DNA of 63,976 nucleotides, counting the filler, from Lenisia limosa (lineage: Eukaryota > Protista > Breviatea), in the NCBI GenBank assembly GCA_001655205.1. It is 13 parts of 13 records of this genome, joined end to end, with 100 filler letters (N's around TTAATTAATTAA, not from the genome) between each part and the next. Parts side by side here need not be neighbours in the genome. Positions count along the whole stretch, not along the records: positions 57,211 to 62,384 come from LPNZ01001802.1; positions 62,485 to 63,976 come from LPNZ01005186.1; 11 more parts are not named here. One strand, written 5' to 3'. Shown here one piece after another: positions 60,736 through 63,976 of this stretch (positions are counted from its first letter, which is position 1; each line of letters starts with the position of its first letter). A program made the position numbers and the translations under genes. Under the pieces are notes generated by a model, which worked only from the letters and a program-made list of their open reading frames with translations, had not been told where the DNA came from and did no database searches.

Positions 60736-61279
60736 TAGAGTAGAAGTAAATGATGCTCCTCTAAAAAAGTTATCTGATAATGTTGACTCTCTCTCTCTGC
60801 GCACCTTCCCGCAAATAGTACAAGATATTTCCCAATAACCAACCTCCATCAGCTTGTAGAGCCTCCTGGTACTGTGTGGACTTTTCCGCCGTGAGGCTGG
60901 TGTAGATATCTGTAGCAGCATAAGATCAGGGGTGAACGAAAGAAAAACGGGAATCCTTCCATGTTTTTGTGTTTTATTCCGTTATGTATCAAAAAAACAA
61001 TCCCCAAAAACCTGAAAGGTCCATTGGCTTCCAAAGAGATCTTGAATGGAAACGTCGTCCGCTTCTTCTTTCCCTATTTTAGATACGTAATATAATAATT
61101 AGGTTATTTAGGTGACATAAAAGGCTGATTCGTGTCCCAGAGAAACAAAGGGAACATTGGCGCGGACGCAACTACTGTAAATGCGAAAAACAAAAAAGAA
61201 ACAGACAGGAAACAGAGAATAGCTTGCTTATCGTGTTATATATTGATTATTGAGTATCTAAATAGATTCTCTTCTTAAG

Positions 61280-61845
61280 ATGGCATTTTGTTTGCGGACT
61301 GTCTTAGCAATACTGTGCGTCTACGGAGCCCTCTCACTTACTGCTGGGTATGATAACACTATTATACTTTGTTTGGACAATTAAACTAACAAGTGAAACA
61401 TGTTTTCTCCCTGAATTTTAGGTGTATATCATACTGTAGTTTTGCGATCAGCAAGCAGGGGGGCTTTTCAGGAACTTCTTTGGAGTTAAATGAGATCAAA
61501 CTCGCCGGTTTGGCTGGTTTCGAGTAATCCGGATCATCTTTAAGAGATATTGATTATACAAAGTTGTTACATATTTGAACTTGACAACTTTATTCAATAT
61601 CCCTGAAAGAGTGGACAGCTTTGGCAAATACTATCAGCAGTATCTCATATAAGCGTGATGATGTGGCTGATAGATACTCTCTTCAATATCCCTTATCATG
61701 ATGATGTGGACGGTGTTACCATTTTTTTTTTTTGCTGTATTTTGTCTTTCCTTTTGATCCCCGTCGTTTTAACTTTATTGTTAATAAGCTCAATTGTTCA
61801 TTTCTCCAGACCAAGTCTCTGCAGGCGTTTGTGAACCCGGGAAGG
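61280..61845 (+). CDS. 5' exons of a possibly secreted protein
   Basis: MAFCLRTVLAILCVYGALSLTAG (signal-peptide-like) ends at a GTATGA donor; later short exon DQVSAGVCEPG. Confidence 0.35.
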
Positions 61846-63976
61846 TGAGAGACGTACACTCACCATGTATAAATATTTGATTTTCAAATGGTCAGAAAAC
61901 TCTCAAGCAATATCACCTGCGCTTTGACGTGACAATTTCTTTGAGACAGACAATGTTGGGCACGAATTGCCGTGATTTGGGAACTTGGCAACTAAACCAA
62001 CGAGTACTCGCCTTCGTAACAATTTCTCCTTCATATATTTGGACGTTTCACATATTTGGAGTTTAAAAATCAGTCTTTCCGTATCAGCTTTCAAAAATAA
62101 AACCAGACCTGTGGTATGGCTTGACCGATAGAATCTGATTTTCTTCAACAAAAATCGCTCAAGATTTACCACGGGCGGGCAGTGTTTACTTCACGCACAA
62201 CGATCACCCCCTATTACTCGGGCAAATGATTGGGTGGATTAATATTGTATTATTATTCTTTTCTTTTTTGTTTCTTAGAAGTGTGATGGTGGGGACGGCT
62301 TCGGCCAGATTCAACCTTGTTTTATTTATCATTGCTAGATATTTACTATGTCAGATTGTGTACACAGAAGCGAATGGACACGAANNNNNNNNNNNNNNNN
62401 NNNNNNNNNNNNNNNNNNNNNNNNNNNNTTAATTAATTAANNNNNNNNNNNNNNNNNNNNNNNNNNNNNNNNNNNNNNNNNNNNCACGTCCTTGAGAAAA
62501 TCCGAGTTAAGTAACAGGGCAATCTAGCCCCCCTACCACACGGGGCCCAAAAAAGGTCTTGGCAGACAGATGTACCGTGGATAAGGGCGTCATTGTTGCC
62601 GATATAGATGGCGACATTGAGCTGTGGACCGGAACCGACTTCTGGAGGGGGAGGAGGGTGAGGGAAATAGACAAAATATGAAAAAAATGGGGGGGAAAGG
62701 CTTTTTCGAACCGAAGTGAAGCCTATCCCTCACCTTCAAATACTATCCCCCTGTCATCTAGTTCCTTTAAAAAATCCGAGCAAATGATCAATGTAATTTG
62801 AATTACCTCTCCCCTCGAACTTGGCGAGTGTAGAGCGACGGGAAGTCGGCAGCAGCCGAGGGACTGGAGGCTGATATCTGGCAATATAAGGAGAGAGAAA
62901 ATGAAGGGAAAAACAACAAAACAAAAAANNNNNNNNNNNNNNNNNNNNNNNNNNNNNNNNNNNNNNNNNNNNNNNNNNNNNNNNNTTAGGGATACACATG
63001 GGGTTCCAAGAAGAGGAAGAGGAAGAGGAAGAAGAAGAGGGGCGGCGGGGGGGCGGGGCAAACCTGTAATGGAGTGAGGGGAGGGCTCTGGTTAGAACGG
63101 GTCGTAGACACCAGGGATTCTCTAAATCATGAAAGAGGTTTTGGTCAAACAATTCTTTAATATCATAAATAGAGTCATCACGCTGATAGGGGATGGATAA
63201 TCATTATATGCTAAAAATTGATGATGATTTTTCATCGGATCATAAAGCGTATAAGAGGCCTTCATGGAAATTATCACAATATTAGTCTCAGGCTTCGCTA
63301 CGGTCCGAAAAGGACTGGGAACTATCGATATTTATCGAAGATTTATCGAGAAATTCAGTCTTTTTCTTGGAGCGTAGGAAAGCCTTGGTCTCTGATCAAA
63401 CCCACGAGCTAGCGTCGGATATCATGGAGTGCGGCGACGTTGGTGAGCACAAGTCAAAATGCTCTGAAAAATAGTCAAAACGCTTTCAATGGTTCCACAA
63501 AAACAAGCAAAAAAAAGAAGTATTATTCTGGGGTAGTAAGCTCCTTATGTGTTCAATGTCTGCAAATTACCCCCCACCTCTCATTCCAGTATTGCCGGTG
63601 TGAACCGAGCCAGAAAAAGACGGATTGCAGCTCGAACATCGAGGGAGACCTTTTTCTATGGGGGGGGGGGGGGGNNNNNNNNNNNNNNNNNNNNNNNNNN
63701 NNNNNNNNNNNNNNNNNNNNNNNNNNNNNNNNNNNNNNNNNNNNNNNNNNNNNNNNNNNNNNNNNNNNNNNNNNNNNNNNNNNNNNNNNNNNNNNNNNNN
63801 NNNNNNNNNNNNNNNNNNNNTGAAACTCTTAACCTACAAAAAAACAAAACAAGCAATAAACACGAGCAACAAAACGCCAAAAACCAGATGACAAAACAAG
63901 CCCGAGGGTAAAACGAAGGAAATTTAGATGAAGAAGGGGTTTGCAGGGGGGAGGAAGATTGGGCAATTTCATGAAA

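Larger units (their letters stand above)
2164..62484. other. Twelve artificial scaffold-joining spacers (44N-TTAATTAATTAA-44N); the window is a concatenation of 13 unordered scaffolds
   Basis: TTAATTAATTAA (stops in all six frames) flanked by N runs at 2208, 5004, 8261, 10322, 12951, 14363, 20559, 21777, 40980, 44445, 57155 and 62429. Adjacency across these points is not biological. Confidence 0.97.
786..63387. mobile_element. Other dispersed family A copies
   Basis: Copies at 786-884, 1446-1532, 13845-13943, 19092-19190 (6/8 TSD), 47539-47628 and 63289-63387; half copies at ~44290-44314 and ~62703-62725; degenerate cores near 15490, 19970, 27020, 41535, 49545, 51660, 53800 and 55985. Confidence 0.8.

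Noticed and set aside
217-63911. Most ORFs in the supplied six-frame track, especially those containing X runs
   Set aside because: They read through N gaps, introns or low-complexity DNA. The real genes are split into short exons and often use other frames.

Overview
Intron-rich eukaryotic (probably protist) genomic DNA; the organism cannot be named from the sequence. The window is not a real chromosome segment. Twelve artificial 100-bp spacers (44N-TTAATTAATTAA-44N) join 13 unordered scaffolds, and many internal N gaps sit next to poly-G/poly-C runs, so most supplied ORFs are artefacts. Genes had to be rebuilt by eye from short GT-AG exons. Recognisable genes are VPS41 (-), a GPATCH1/TGH-like G-patch splicing factor (+), a villin/gelsolin-family protein (-), an ankyrin-repeat protein (-), the first exon of a bacterial-type ArsC arsenate reductase (+) and a DUF11/Ig-like surface protein (+), plus several hypothetical multi-exon genes. 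Introns are packed with short repeats. Two families are classical MITEs (hAT-type with 8-bp TSDs; Tc1/mariner-type with TA TSDs). Other families (D, B, E/F) lack TIRs and lie on the host sense strand wherever I could infer a host gene. Family D usually runs straight into the 3' splice-site AG and is the most unusual signal. A single ~270-bp T-shaped fold-back with twin 39-nt hairpins lies at 49811-50080. No rRNA, tRNA, CRISPR array or intact transposase was seen. All counts and alignments were done by eye.
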